NCBI GenBank assembly: GCA_032718475.1 | Contig: JAUCBJ010007470.1 | Location: 39,868 to 103,867, forward strand | Reading direction: 5' to 3' | DNA: 64,000 nt | Source: Nemertoderma westbladi | Taxonomy: Eukaryota > Animalia > Xenacoelomorpha | Shown here: positions 12,737 to 27,597 of the stretch, one piece after another | Position numbering within the stretch: the first letter of the stretch is position 1 | How the letters are laid out: every line of letters begins with the position of its first letter | Position numbers and translations under genes: made by a program | The notes under the pieces: generated by a model | What the model was told of the DNA's origin: nothing | Databases searched by the model: none | What the model saw: only the letters and a program-made list of their open reading frames with translations

Positions 12737-13751
12737 TTTATCGTTTAGTATTTTGAACAACTACGAGTATTTCGTTTGCAGGGCGCAGGGCAAGATTTGG
12801 GATCATTCTTAGGAATTCGAAGGTGGCTGGATGTACAATATCTTTTTATTGGCAAGTGTTACTTTACTTTTGTTCAATAAACTCAAGTGGTGAATTCTTT
12901 ATGTACATTTGATAATCTTTTGGCAACCAAGTCATAATAATTTAAAATTCAATTTAGTGAACGATTACGGGAGGAATGATTATAATTTATAAGTATTGTT
13001 TGCAGTAAAATACAACATAAATTTTACCTTTTTTGCTTGCAATAAGACGCGTTATAGTAGAAATTTAAGAAGCTGCAGATCTTCGATTTTAAGCGATATT
13101 CAGTAATACACTGTAGTTAGTCGTTGGGTGCGTGCATAGTTAGAGGTACACAACCATTTCGAAATATTCTAAAAAAATTTAAAGTATCTCATAGAAATTG
13201 AAACAGTTCGAAAGTTATGTTGTAGCCCATAAGAAATCGTTTGAAATCGTGCACCATTCTCACTACAGCTTCTGTATTATTCATTGATATCGAGATTGTG
13301 TATGAATGTGTATGAATGGCAAGAAGTCGGCTGTGGAACTTTGTTCAATTATTCTTCTAGTACCATGGTTGTATCACTGCCTGGAGCAGCACTGTTGGAG
13401 CACAGTACATTAAATGCTGCAGCCTAGCTTAACCTATGTTTTCATCCTATACTGGTCGACAAAATGTGAGCAAAGATACGTTGGGAACGCATCAGGGTGA
13501 GCAAGCTTTCCAGAGTCCCTGTCTGAACGATAAATATGATAGAATCTTCCAATTCATCAGAGTTTAATATTGTCTTGTGTGTATATCATTGCTTCTTTAC
13601 ATTGCTGAACATTTAACATTATCTTAAAACTACAGTAACTTTTGGTTAAACAATTACAGTAGGCTCTACATTATCAATTGTAGTGACCACTGAAGGATAA
13701 TTATTATTATACTATAAACAAATATGAGACTGATTTGCTAATAGTATCATA

Positions 13752-16605
13752 ATGGAGATATTTTATGACGGCAAGAAAGGCCGTGGATTGCGCGCAAAAG
13801 ACCGCGCATATGACAACGGCGATTGCGTATTGGAGGGCCTACCTATAGCCTGTTCTGTCAAATTCGCCCATCGTTACTCCTATTGTGCGTGTTGCCTAAT
13901 GGGCCCAGCAGAGTTGATCACTTGCACTGATTGTAATTTCAGTTCCTATTGCTCCGAAAGATGCCGTTTAAACGACCAATCACATGCGGCAGAATGCGCG
14001 GCATTGTCGAAATTTAGATTTGAAGATAAATTGAGTTGGATCCGTTTGAAATGCGAGAGTCAATTGATTTTCGAAAATTACGTCAACGCAATGCGGTTGG
14101 TAGCTAGATTTCTATGGCGTACTCATCATGATTTCATTCAAAATGATAATTTAACTTCAAATAATTTAAACATTATTGTCGATAGTCTTTGTGAAAATAA
14201 ACGCGGTGTTGAATCGTTTGCACGTTATATGTGTGAATTTCTAGAATACGGAGATGTAACTTATTCTAGAAGCATTATAAAGTCTGCTTTGTCTAAATGT
14301 TTAACCAATGGGTTTAGTCTTTGTGATTCGTCTGGTCTCGAATCTATAGCTACTGGAATATACCTCGATGCGTCTTTACTTAATCACTCTTGCAGACCTA
14401 ACTGCAGGTTTACCAATACCTCGACCACTCTATATGTTACCGCTAATCAGTTGATTACCGCAGGGGAGGAACTTTCTATAAATTACTTGCCGGTCTATAA
14501 GCCTCGTCCAATGCGAACATATTTACTAGAGAATCGCCTATCGTTGTATTGTCAATGTAGCAGGTAAGTCAACCATAAATATATATATGTGTGTGCAGTG
14601 GCGTATTGAACATACGGTGAAGGGGGGGGGGGGGGGGGGGGGGCAGACACACAAGGCGAGTGATAAATTATTTTAAGTGTTTTTAATGGGCTTTATATTT
14701 ATTATAATTTTATCAACATCTATTATATTTATTATATTATATATATATTAATGTATTTATTTATTTGGAGTGGGAATAGGCGACTTACAAAATACGAGAG
14801 TAAGCCTATTACACCATGACCTGTAATATTGTGTATTTTATTTATGACACAGACCCAAGCCCTCCCTCTCCCACCCTCTCGTTATATTCTAGAGTCTAGA
14901 CATTTGAAACACAACTAGTTCCACACACCATCGATGTTACAGCGGAACCAGAATTTTAGATATTACCTTTAAATTTTAAGATATTCTCTGGGCGGAACAC
15001 TCATATTTTTTGAGACAGGGGGGGACTGGACGCAAATCCCATCTTGGCGAATTAATATCCCGCCTCAATTTAGGGAAAGGAGCAGGTTACAGTGGCACGT
15101 TATTTTAACCAAAACAATTAAACTACTAAACAACTAAACACAATAGAACAGGTTACAGTTTTATTTTTGAGAGAAATTAAAAGTTATTTGCGTCTCATTT
15201 CCCTTGGAGAGGGATTAATTTTTATTGCGTCCAGTCCCCCCCCCCCCCCCCCCCCCCCCCCCATTTGTATTTTTTATATAAAGTATTACACTAAATATAT
15301 ATATTTGCTTAGAAACTAGCTATGATCAGAATAGAGACCTTCCCAAAACGGCTCTGAATTTATCTACAGTATTGTATATTATTATGATATGAATATGATA
15401 TTGAGTAACTGTATAATATCAGGCAGGCGACTGGCCTGAATTTTGGGAATTTTGTTTCATTTTGATTCTCGAAAGTGGGGTGGGTGGGGGGGGGGGGGGG
15501 TAGGAGCTTGGCAATAAGCCTCTTTATGTGTGCGGTGCAACACAACATGTACATCCTGTATGTCCACATTTATTAGTGGTAAGTAGCACTGTACAAAATA
15601 AATAGGAATTTAATTCATTTAATTAAATCACTTAGGTGCGCCTACGACCCAAACGAAGAATTACTCAGTGGCTTCAAATGTCCAGCGTGTAACGCGATAT
15701 TGGATTGTCCATACAATGGAGAAGTTTGCGAAAATTGCGGTACTACTTTAGATTGCATTAAGGGGGGTGAAACAAAAGTTGCCAAACTCAATAAAGCTGT
15801 TCACACGGTGTTGCCTCAAATAGAGAAATTAGTTAATAAATTACTGCGTCCAGAAATGCAAAATCCAAAACCTAACCACCAAACAGTAGACAAGCCAATT
15901 CGACCTTCACTGGGTGGTCATGGAGGTGACGAAAATCGATCTTCTTTGGCTGGTCATGGAGGTGACGAAAATCGATCTTCTTTGGCTGGACATGGAGATG
16001 ACGAAAATCGTCCTTCTTTGAAGTATCCAGTGATTAACTTAATCGGGGAATCAGGCACAGCCACTTCAAAGGAACATCTACTATCGATGATTGATGAGAA
16101 TAAATTAAAATCAGATAAAATTCCTGACGAATCCGCTGACGCCTTTTTGCTTGGAGAAGTTGCTTCATCAACTGAGAAGAGAACCGAGATGAAAGGAGCT
16201 GAAGTTGCTGCTTTAATTGTCAAAAGATTACTTCTACAATGTCGTGTGTTATTGTCGCCGTATCACACTCTCTATGTCTGCCTATTGGAAGCGTCTGTGA
16301 AGGTAAACGCAGGTAGAGGCAAATGGTTAGCTGCTGGAATAGACTTGGCTTCGGTACTTCGCTGCTACGAACATATGGAGTTATCCTTGCCAACAGTTTA
16401 CGTTCCCATAGCAAGCAACATTATGGAAGCATTAGTTAGTGATTTGGAATCTGTTGATGAGGAAATGCAGAACCTATTTAGAAAAATTATGGAGGGTCAT
16501 GTGTTCGCTTACAGTCATGGCCATTATGTTCGTAGAAAACTTGAGAGATCATATAAATCCATATTTTTGAATAAGGTAGTTAGAAACAGTTCTGAAGTTT
16601 CTTAG
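13752..16605 (+). CDS. SMYD-family SET and MYND domain lysine methyltransferase; exons 13752-14563 and 15636-16605 (~593 aa)
   Basis: GRGL S-sequence; MYND finger CACC...CTDC...YCSERC...H-AAEC; SET motifs NHSCRPNC and GEELSINY; the splice AG|GTAAGT ... CTTAG|G restores post-SET CQCSRC in frame with ORF 15700-16605. Confidence 0.9.
15018..15241. mobile_element. Short MITE in the SMYD intron
   Basis: TIRs GGGGGACTGGACGCAA / TTGCGTCCAGTCCCCC; internal AAAGGARCAGGTTACAG motif also seen at ~420, ~2330, ~5945 and ~9730. Confidence 0.6.
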
Positions 16606-17075
16606 TATCTGGGTGTCTAATTTCTTATTGGAGGAAGTACGCCTACATCTTATGATGATGGTAGAAATGAACCAGTTATGGGAGCGATTGATTAATCATT
16701 ATGATATAACATCTGATCGCTAACGTATATTATTTATTGATATATGAAATATATCGGATTAGTGTATCCAATGCAGTTCTCACTCTTTTTTTTTAAACGC
16801 AGGAACGAACTCCACTAGGCTTTGTCAAAGTAGAAGCTCGTAATTGTCATACAAAATATCTCTATGGGTATAATATTTCCAATTGGGGTGTCGTTTGAAC
16901 CAATGAAAGTATTTCTGGGCTTCTATTTGGATGTTCCATAAATAATCTCAACTCATTGGCTAACACCCTCTCTTAGCCATAAGGGATTTCAGTTGGGCCA
17001 ACTTTGCCAAATTGGTTGTTGGTTGTGGAAAAGCGCCTTAAGGTAGACTAGACTAACTGTTCCTTGGATGCGGTA

Positions 17076-17900
17076 AACTACACGTTTGTGGGGCCTTCGC
17101 GCAGCACGAGGCTCAGTTATGAGATACAAATTAAAATTGTACGATTCTATCACAAAATAGATATTCACGAAATTTAACAAAAGCGTCAATAAATAAAAGA
17201 AGAGAGAAATTTCCTCCCGTTCAACCCCCCTTTTAATCTGTACCACCCCAACCCAAAGGCGCACAGAGGATTAATGAAAGGCAGAGGTATTAACAGGAAA
17301 TTGGTATTTTAAAAGTAAGAGATTGTAGGCTACCCAATTTGTCAGAAATATTAAACTAGAAACGCAAAGCAAGCGTTGCGGTAAGGAGCCCTTTTCACCG
17401 AGTTATGAAGACCCTGAAATTAGTACAGGATTTTTGTATCATTCGGTTTGTTTATACCGTCGATTGGATCAACATTTCGGAGAGCCGGAGTAGAACTATA
17501 ACCCGACATCTTGTCGGGTTCCTGCACCTATTTATTTGTATGTATGTGTGTAGATATGTTCGTGGTTCCACTATAGCACTCCAGCCCATTCGAACGTCAC
17601 GCAGTGTAAATATATATATATATAAATATATAAACGTACGCGTAGCGTCGCACAGCACGAGCTGATGCTTACTCGAGAACGGTAACCCGATTTACGCGAC
17701 TCGTGTAGCGCGAAGGCCCCACGCAAATTTTCAAAATATTGGAACTTTTCCTCTGGTACATAGGTCCAAGTAAAATTTGGTTGAAATTGAATAAAGGCTT
17801 CAAAAGTTATTAACGATTGAATTTTTTATTACAGACAGACGGACATGATATTTTGCCCTAATACTAATTGTAATTGTGCACAAGTAGCTTCGCTCACTAA
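17076..17900 (+). mobile_element. Helentron/DINE-1-like element, degenerate
   Basis: ACTACACGTTTGTGGGGCCTTCGCGCAGCACG start, inverted copy near 17700-17722, ACAGACAGACGGACATG core at 17831. Confidence 0.5.
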
Positions 17901-19639
17901 TCGTGGCTCGTTCCACAGTATATTAATTTAATTCAAAGTATGATGTTTCCCATTATTTCCATCTATATTTTGTTATTGGTTTAATTAATACGCATAACCA
18001 TTCAGTTTGAGATTGACAAAACATTAACTTTGCTGTCCATTCTTTGAAACGGAAAATTTTGCCAAACTTTGACTCTGATGAAAAGGCAGTCCATGTAGGC
18101 CTACTTTAAAATATTTTTCAAATAAAATAATATATTCGATATAAAAACGTTACGGACACTCTTTCACTCACCTTTAAGCAAAATTAAGATATCATGTTCT
18201 CGTGTGTTGAGTTTTATGCTTTTTGGCATATGGGCCCTCGTTTCGCTCGTATTAGAAAGTAATCAACTCGTGCAAAACTCAATAATAGTCGAATATTACT
18301 AAACTAAATGACATTGAAAAAGCGCTGTTTTCCAAATAGTTATTGTTTATCGAAACATATTAATATATACCCGACCTCGTTCGGTAAATCGAGCGTAACG
18401 TGGAAGCAGGCAAAGAAATATGAAATTGGATGTTGAATTTTGCCGATCACATTATTGGAACATCAGTAAAATTTAGCTACATTAAAGAGCATCCTACCTA
18501 ATATTACAATATTACAAAAAATAAAATGATTTACTGTTACTTTATCATTTTAATTTGCCATCAATTATTATTCAATAATCGTTCAATCGTTAAATAAAAT
18601 AAAATTTAACTTTTCATTGTTAAATGAGTCCGCCTCCGCGATTTAACAATCACGTTTTCTGTAATTTTTGCCTTTTTGAAGGAACACGTTTCGTCACTGT
18701 CTCTTTGATTATACAAACTTTGAGACTGATGAAATGCAGTCCGCAAAGGCACTGATCTATTTTGTTTATATATTATTGTAAAACCAAGGAATGTAAGAAA
18801 TTCCGACTACGGTATCTTTATTGCGGGAAATTTTCTATAGAATACTATTAGTGCCATCTTACTCTGGTTAACCGCGTCTCGTGCTGTGCGAAGGACCCAT
18901 TTATAATGTGTTATAGAAGCGAGATGTTTGATCTGAATTCCAATTGTTAGATCAATTACAATTAATAAATAATTTGTTATGTTGGACAATACCTTTATAC
19001 CGGTACATTGTTTGGTGTATTTGTTATTGTTTTTACATAATGTATAAATAAATCTATCTATCTATCTATAATTAAGATATAACCCTGTAACCCAGATATT
19101 GCTTTAACTGAGAGCTAAATCATTATGGTAAGGCAGCATGTAGTAATTATTAGAAGACCGTTATGACTTCTTACTGTGTATTCTCTATCAATATTTATTT
19201 ATATGTATATCAGGTGAGCTCATCCGAAGCTATAGCTCGTCCGTCAATGAAAGTTATACCAATCGACGCAGCTCAACCCCCGGATGTGGAACAATTTTAG
19301 AAAAAATTATTAAAGTGCCTTTATTTATTTCGAGAAATAGCCCCATAATACGAAAATTGCCATAGACTCAATTATAAAATCACCAGCTGGTGCGGAGACG
19401 CCCAAACTACAAAGAAGTATTTTACTTGCCAAGTTTTAGTAAGGTTGTGTTTAGACTCACTCAGACTATCACAGACAGTAATCAAAAATAAAATGTTAGT
19501 TTATAATGTGTTACCCCGTCAACTGAATAGCTCTTCCCAGTGAACCCTATGGGAATATCTATAAAGTTACTCACTGCTATGTTAGGTGGTAGGCCAGCTG
19601 ATTGAATTGTAAGCACAGGGCCGTCATCTAATGCGTCAG

Positions 19640-21490
19640 TTTAATCATCCTCGCTGACTTCAATGCAGATCTAGGCGATCTACAAGGACCCAGAACAAGT
19701 CAACATGGATGCTCCGAAAGGGGCCATCTCCTCAATAACGTTTTACGTACAAACAGCTTAGTGGCAGCTGACACTCATGCACCCTTCCAAGGACCATGTG
19801 TAATATTTAAAGGTGCACACGGCGAATCTTACCTCGATCATATAGTCACCTCCAGTAACTGTCTAAACCAACATATATAAAACCAACGTATAAAACCAAC
19901 CCAACAGAAAACCCACACAAGAAGGTTCGGCAACAGGACGGGACTTATACTAATCAGTCGTGGATGAAGGATTATCAGTACTTCAAAAAGATCTTAATCA
20001 CCTTCTAGAGTGTAGCTCCCCCAAGTCAGAACTTGATAATATTTGTGATACCATTCAATCCATTATCATGGCTGCAGCTCTACTCCACATACCCACCTTT
20101 AAGGTGAACAAGAAGATAAAGAATATTAGAATACGCTCAAAGTTACTTGACCAACGTAGTAAAACAACTAAGGACCTTTACAAAATCTGGTTATCACATG
20201 GGAAGGATGACAATCACCCGTCCGGCGAATCTTATAAAGAATCTAAGCGATCCACTCGACGCCTCAAAAACTTCCTCAACTAAAACCTTGTTGCGAACAC
20301 CGCCCGCGGCTGGCGCTCTAAACGAACATTGAACCCACAGTATTTCTGGAGCAACATTAATCGAAAAGACATTCAGCCCCTCACCGCGGAAATGCAATCA
20401 ATTATTCGCAAACACAATGAGGAAAAGTTCAGTTCAACCACAACAAAAGATGCAGCCAAACTCCAAAACATCAATGACATTCTAGAACAGCAGTGCAGAT
20501 CATCTACTCCACCAACCATAACCCCCCTCGCAGTTAAACGGCACGGGCGATATCTTCACTCTCCAAGGCCCCTGACTATGATCTATGACTGTGGAACACC
20601 TCCTATTCCTTAATCCTGATCCAATTTCTGACACACTTGCCCGACTCATCAACTGCTGTCTCACTCTCAAAGAGGTTCCCTCTGCATTTGGTCATACAGT
20701 GATATCAAGTATCTATAAAGGAAAGGGTCGCTCCACCCTAGAAACTACATCATACAGGCCCGTCTCATCCATCAGCCTACTTGCCAAGGTGCTCGAACAC
20801 ATCCTTCTAGCTGACTATCTAAAAAAGTTGACCTCACATGGGAACCAAACTGCCTACAAGAGAAAACACAGCACTGACATAGTAGTGGCTACAATACTGG
20901 AAACGGTGGAACAATACATATCGAAAGGTTCGCCAGTATACGTTTGCCAACTTGACATTGAGGCGGCTTTCGATGACGTTGGCCACACTATCTTAGTATA
21001 AAAGATGCTGAACAACATTGTTAATACTTACATAATTTGCCATATCTCAGCTTACTTTGGATCGAACAAAATCTTCCTCAAATTCGGCATTCTAGTCGAC
21101 CCAACTCCAATAAAAGTCTCGCGGGGATTGAAACAGGGATCACTCATTTCACCTATCCTCTACAATCTTTACACCTCCAACATCATAAGCGGAAAAAAAC
21201 ATAGTAACCTCGGATGCCGAATTGACACATCCTGGCTTGGTACAGTGGCCTATGCTGACGATTACCTACTCCTGGGAACCTCGCTTAAATCCGTCGAGAA
21301 GATGTGCGACATACTCATACAGGAAGCCGCTCAGGTATCCCTCCAAATCGACATGAAGAAAACAAAATGGACTATCCTAAACCGTAACCATATGACCCAC
21401 AAGGAATGTTTCATTACAGTCAACGGATCACTAATCCAAATGTCGGACCTTCTGAAATTCCTCGGACACAAACTGGGAAAATCTAACCCC
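19640..21490 (+). mobile_element. Degraded APE-RT LINE
   Basis: Endonuclease remnant ADFNADLG...YLDHI; RT motifs IYKGKG, SYRPVSSIS, QLDIEAAFD, GLKQGSLISP, AYADDYLL; stops and frameshifts. Confidence 0.85.
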
Positions 21491-23319
21491 GCTATGTATG
21501 TATGTATTTATAGACCAAAGGAAGAAATAAATAAACACACATTACCGATTACACAAAATATATAACTATTTAGTCCAGGGAATATAACGCTCTAAGTAGG
21601 TAAATTACAATAACACATGAATAATATAAATAGAAATTGCAAACTCCACGATGTTATCCAGACAATAGACATGTTGTCTCAAGTTTTCCATACCAAAGGA
21701 TGGACAGCAAGGTGGCTGGATTTTTATTTTATAGAACGATAGATATGGATGACAGAAAACCGCTGCTAAATTTTTTTCTAAATCTGTCGTGCCGTTTTTG
21801 AGATGTAGCATTTTATATAACGCTCCCATGGCCTACTATATATACACGGCCTAATAAGCTGCATTTTGGGGCCATTCAAAAAGAGACCAGTTTTGTTTAC
21901 AACAATGTGATATTTTGATTTAATTCTTCAATTTGACTGAATTGAAGTCTCCTCGTTAAGCAAGATACTAAATTATATGGTAGCTAGTGTTTTAGTTAGG
22001 TTTAGCTAGTAATTTCAACACTGGTTCCGACATCCTACTTCCTTCTATAAATATTTTGTAGTAGCTAGTTCTTATTACTTTTTGTATAGAAAATGTTCCA
22101 GAACATGTTAGCTATTCATTTTTTTTTAAAAATATGTTCTAGAACAAATATTTTTTGTTCTAGAACATTTTTTTGAAAAAAATCTGGATTCTATTTAAAA
22201 CGTATGGCATCGTTCTAAAACGTGTTTGAATCAATAATGACAAACTGGCACCTAATAACAAACATTGTGAACAGTCCCATAATTGTGTGACAAATTTATT
22301 GCCCTGTGCGAAAAACAGCAGCATCCCAGAGCTTCTACTTCACGATAAATTTTTCAGATATGGTGAGTCATTGTGCCTCATTTGGTGTAAATCGATAGAA
22401 ATACTTGATCTCATTGATTGGTTTTCATAGTCCGCGGCAATATGATAAAGTAAATTAGTTAATAACTACGATGAATTAGCGAGCAAACTAAAGCTCCAAT
22501 TCATGAATAAATGTTATTACATTTTATGACAAAGCCAATCCTTACCATCTGGCTCTGTGGGCAATTAGAGTAGCAAACTAAATCGATTAAAGTAGTATGA
22601 AACTCATCTCGGGTGGTGTATACTATATGTATTGTATGTAAGGTTCATGGCGTATTATATGTATCCATTCATTTATTTAGTTATTAACTTAGGCTTCCTC
22701 TACTTAGACACTATGGTCATTGTTATTATTTTGAATAATTTTGCTAGATTTACAAGAAAAGTACATTTAGAAGTATAACATTAATCTGAATGAGTATTTA
22801 TTTTGCCGGCCACTGGTACTGTTATCGTTAAACTGATCAGCTTTCCCGTGATCTTTTTCTATGACAGCCGGTTGGTGAGTAGAAACTTGGTAGTCTGCCA
22901 TTGATAAATTAAAGACGATTAATAATATCGCACAACAATCAGTGCGTGTTGGGCGACCATAAATTGTTGTTTTTTTTTTTTTTTTATTCTTTATTTTAGT
23001 ATCCTTAAGGATTATCCTTAAGGGATTAAGAATGCCCACTGGGGGAGACTTTGCTCAAAGTCCATTCAAACATTGTCTGTCTGTAACCAACGGTTTATAA
23101 TCTACAGACATTTCTTACCTATCTATTCTGTAGTAACAAACTGAATATTATTATAATTAATAAATTTGTACATTATATATAACCAATAAGTACAGTATAT
23201 TTATATTTATGATTATTTATGGTATTTAAGTTTCGGCAAGGCGTAGGCCCATTAGTGTGAAAATGTATAAACTTCAATATGACGTTGATTTTATGTGGTT
23301 GAAAATGACACCACTACTC

Positions 23320-24372
23320 CATACTACCACCACCACCTCCTCCACCACTACCACCACTACTCCATATCCCCCATGTATTTCGGGCGATCATCCGCATCTT
23401 CAAGGCCAGCGTCCTTTAAGATGCACCTCAAGAAAGTCATGGACCGTCCACCATGCTTCTTATTCACTCCATGAGGCCGCCAAAGCACACGATTTTGCAC
23501 AGGCTGGTCCTTACGGTGAAGGCAATGCCCTGCAAAGCGGGGGTGGCTTTGTTCAAGTGTCAAGCTTGGGGGGGGGGGGGGGATGAGACACCTCCAATGT
23601 TATATAGTGTCTGGTTGGAGATGTGTGCATTGTACTTGACAAAATGAACCCGACGTAGCATTCTTGTATATTGACCATCCAGAGATTTGGTGTCCTCAGC
23701 AGTTAGAGCCCAGCATGGACTCCCGTAGAGGAGTACTGGAACTACTGCTGCTCTAAATAATCGGACCTTAAGATTCCGATTAATTCTGTGTGACTTCCAA
23801 ATCCGGGAAATCCTATTCAAGGCTGCCCTGCCCATGCCTTTCCCTTACGTATTCGAAAGACCTCACCTGACTTCCGAATCCATGATCCCAAGTAACAGAA
23901 GTTGTACACATGCTCAAGCAACCCTCCTTTCAGCATAGACTCATATGATCAGACATTTCCTGAGGACTTTCAAAGTTGACTATCAAAATTTTGGTATTCT
24001 TTGAGTTAACAAAAAGACTAACACTAGAAGCATCCTGTTTTAATGAGCTAAGGAGCCATTGTGCTCACTCTAGTGATTCTGAGAGTACTCCTAAGTCATC
24101 AGCAAAGTCTAGATCAGTTAGGTACTTGGCTGGATTTCCTTGACTTCTGGAAACAGTTGGTGGAGTTACCATCACCCCATCATCATTAAGATGATCTCAG
24201 GACATGCGTAGAACATAGTTTACCACAATTATAAATAAGAATGGTGCTAGTGTGTCACCCTGCAGACTCTCCATAACACTTAGAATGGATCTGTGTCACC
24301 ATCAACAGTTGACACGTCGTCGAACCATCGTATACTGATCTGATTGCTGCTATAATTTCAGCAGGAATCCGA
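23320..24372 (-). mobile_element. RTE-like LINE fragment (RT and 3' end)
   Basis: ORF 23560-23835 has LKVRLFRAAVVPVLLYGSPCW; reverse-complement homologous to 28215-29320. Confidence 0.85.
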
Positions 24373-25600
24373 AAGCATTAACATAAAATTGGTTGTTGAA
24401 AAGTAATATATTTTAGGCGTGGAGACGACCTAATTTGTAAGAAATATTAAAACTTAACCTTATGCCGATACGATAGTATTGATACTGAAATATTAATTTA
24501 CCCTGTCAACGCCTCAACGAAATTATTTAGCTAATTATTCTAAAGAATCACGATTTAAATACTCAGCCAATCAATACTTGGCCATTGGCGGCCCGCGAAA
24601 TCGCTTTGTCCAAAAACTATACAATTTTATAATTTTTTATTTTTGTAAGGGGGGGGGGGGGGATTTTTATTTTGCCCCCACTCCCCAGGGGAAATGGTTC
24701 CCGTACGTGCGCTTATGGTAACAGTTATAAAGTATTTTTAAAGAGGTAAAATAAGAAAATATACGATTATTGTAATATCCAGATCTGATCCAGATAACGG
24801 AACTCTACAACATGCTTTTGCTTATATCTATTTTCCAGGGCCGATATTGAATCACCTGGCACGATTATCTTACCTATCCACCTATTACTGCTATGTCATT
24901 TAAATAGTATACTTTTAGATGGAAATAAAACGCATTGATATCATTAAGGCTTGATCATAGCGCCCATGCCCCAAGTAAAATCAATAATATATGAAGGGAA
25001 GCCTAATATTAAAATTAAACTGGTACATCACTATAATATACACTTTATATTTGCCCAAGTTCATGATCCAATCAATAGGGACGCATATAAACGTTGCCTA
25101 GTGACGGCAATCACCTCGTGTGCTAACAGGTTATGTATAGAGATTTACTTGGATGTATATTAATCACAGCAAAGGGTATTTTATTTAATATTCTACTAAA
25201 TTTCCACTGAAAATGTATTGTTTCAAATTTTATAATGATTACGTACCATTTTAATAATTGTTTAAGTTTTGGACGCAATAAATGTTTGGTTATTATTTGA
25301 CGAGATGATACTAAATTGAGCGTGAGGACACCCGCAGTGATGTCCACAGATACATAGAGCTAAAAATCAATAACGATTGAATATTAAACAATGTCTCTGA
25401 GTTATTCTATAGTGCCGCCTAGCATATAAAGCATTTATGAGAATGATAAATATTCAAAGCCTAATTACATACACACTTTGTAATGCGCCCAGCGCTAATT
25501 TTCATTTTACAATAATTATACATTGCTCCTGACTAAAGTAGAATTAATACTGAATACTATTTTAATCACATTATTGATATTTCCCGTAGTAACACCTTAA

Positions 25601-25907
25601 AGGCCCGTTCACATCCAACGGAACGGTACATCGCGCGGTTTACCGCATAACTATCGGTGCACCGCTGATTGTGAACGACCTAACAGGTAGTTGTGCGCTA
25701 AACCGCGTGATTTACCGCTGTCCATTTAAACAATGTTAAATCAATTAATGTAATTTCCTGTTGAATTCACAGTAGGCAGATAGACAATCAGTTACCGCAA
25801 CGGTACCGTTGGGTGTGAACGGGCTCCGGGTAGTGTACCACTGGCTTACCGCTTCAATACCACCAGACTACTTTACCGCTCACGCACCGTTGGATGTGAA
25901 CGGGGCT
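25601..25907. mobile_element. PIF/Harbinger-like MITE
   Basis: TIRs AGGCCCGTTCACATCCAACGG / CCGTTGGATGTGAACGGGGCT flanked by TAA and TGA. Confidence 0.7.
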
Positions 25908-27597
25908 TGATTGGTAAGAATATTTTAATGGTAGTCAAGGAACTCAACGGTGGTACTTTTTTTATGAGAATAAACACTACAATTAACCTACACGATTGGA
26001 ACAAAAACGAATACATAGCGTCTACATTCATACCGCAATAATATAACCATTTATATTACCATTTTCATTGTTGTAATTTAGTGACATATAACATATTATG
26101 CATTGAAAGAGGGCCCTTCATTCAATCCGAAGTCTACACACTATACAGTATTTTACAATACCGGATGTATACTGAACAATGGCTGCACTTTGGAAGGCCC
26201 TTTACCTTTTTTTATTTTTTTTACAGTTTTGGCTCGCATGTCCTTTGCATGTAATTTGTCTGACATATGCACTTACTAATACTGGGCGAGGTTTTTGGCC
26301 CTCAACTCAAATATTTTGTATAATAGGAACATTCACAAATCATTTATACTTAACCTAACCTACATATTGAATTGATATATACAAGGTTTCTATTTATATT
26401 TAAATATAATATTCATAATGTATATAATTATTGACGTGGTTAACGTAGATGAAATATTGGCACATCAATTCAAGCTGTCAGTATTCTGTTAGCAAGCATA
26501 CAATTAGTTATTTCAATAAATTTATTATTACCAAAGAAAAACAATAGATATAAGTATTACGCCTGTATTTTTTATATTTTACATATTTACTAATAAATAT
26601 TTTACATATTTCCTAATAAAATTATAAATCCGTGATGTCAGTAACGACAATTTATTGTTGTGTAATTATTTCCGTTCGCATATGAAACTATGAAATTCGC
26701 TATGAAACTGTCATTTTTCTCCCTGCTTTTCAATTAATTTTGTTTTATAGTCCATAAAGCACGTAAAAGAACATACCTAACGTGCTATTGTAATGTACTG
26801 TTGGGTGGGATAGTTGAGTTTATAGTCCCAGACTCATAATAAATAGTGTCGTGTAGTTAATACAAAGGACTGCAGCACAGGTGTGCAGACCAGATGGTGC
26901 CCAGATAGTGACACACTACTGTAATTGCTTTGTCCACTAAGCTACCAAGGCAATATAGTAAATATATGGTACCGGTTAGTGTTGTATATATTGCACATTT
27001 ATAACATAATAACCTCATACAGAATTTGTATCTACACATAAACTGTAATAAATAAAAACGTTTTTATATTTTGTTCTATTATATGTTATGGTATTATACA
27101 AAATTTACTTGGTACATTATCAACGTGAACAGTATATTTGCTCTGTAGTACTTTTTTTGCTGTTAAATATTGTCATTATTGGATATGAGAACCTCATTAA
27201 ACACAATAACTTTTTTCGCATCTACATTAATTGATAATCCTAGAGAAGTATTTTCTTGGTTGATTTTTACTTTATCCACGATCTTGCTAATATATTCTAG
27301 TAATACTCTCTACTCTACTCTCTCTCTCTCTCTACTCTCTGAACTTATTCTATTTTATATACTGTTCTCTCTCTGAATATACTGTACTCGATAATATACT
27401 TTACGTACAGTATTTATAGAAAGTAGCCTTGCAGATTTTATTTCAGAACATGACATACAATAAAAACTTTGATCTCCTTACAACAAATATCAAAGATGCC
27501 ATTCATCATAAGTACCCAATACTAAGTGTTCAATGCCAATACCATTGGCACTGATTACAAATGTGGTGAGGAATTATTTTATATATGATATGATTTA

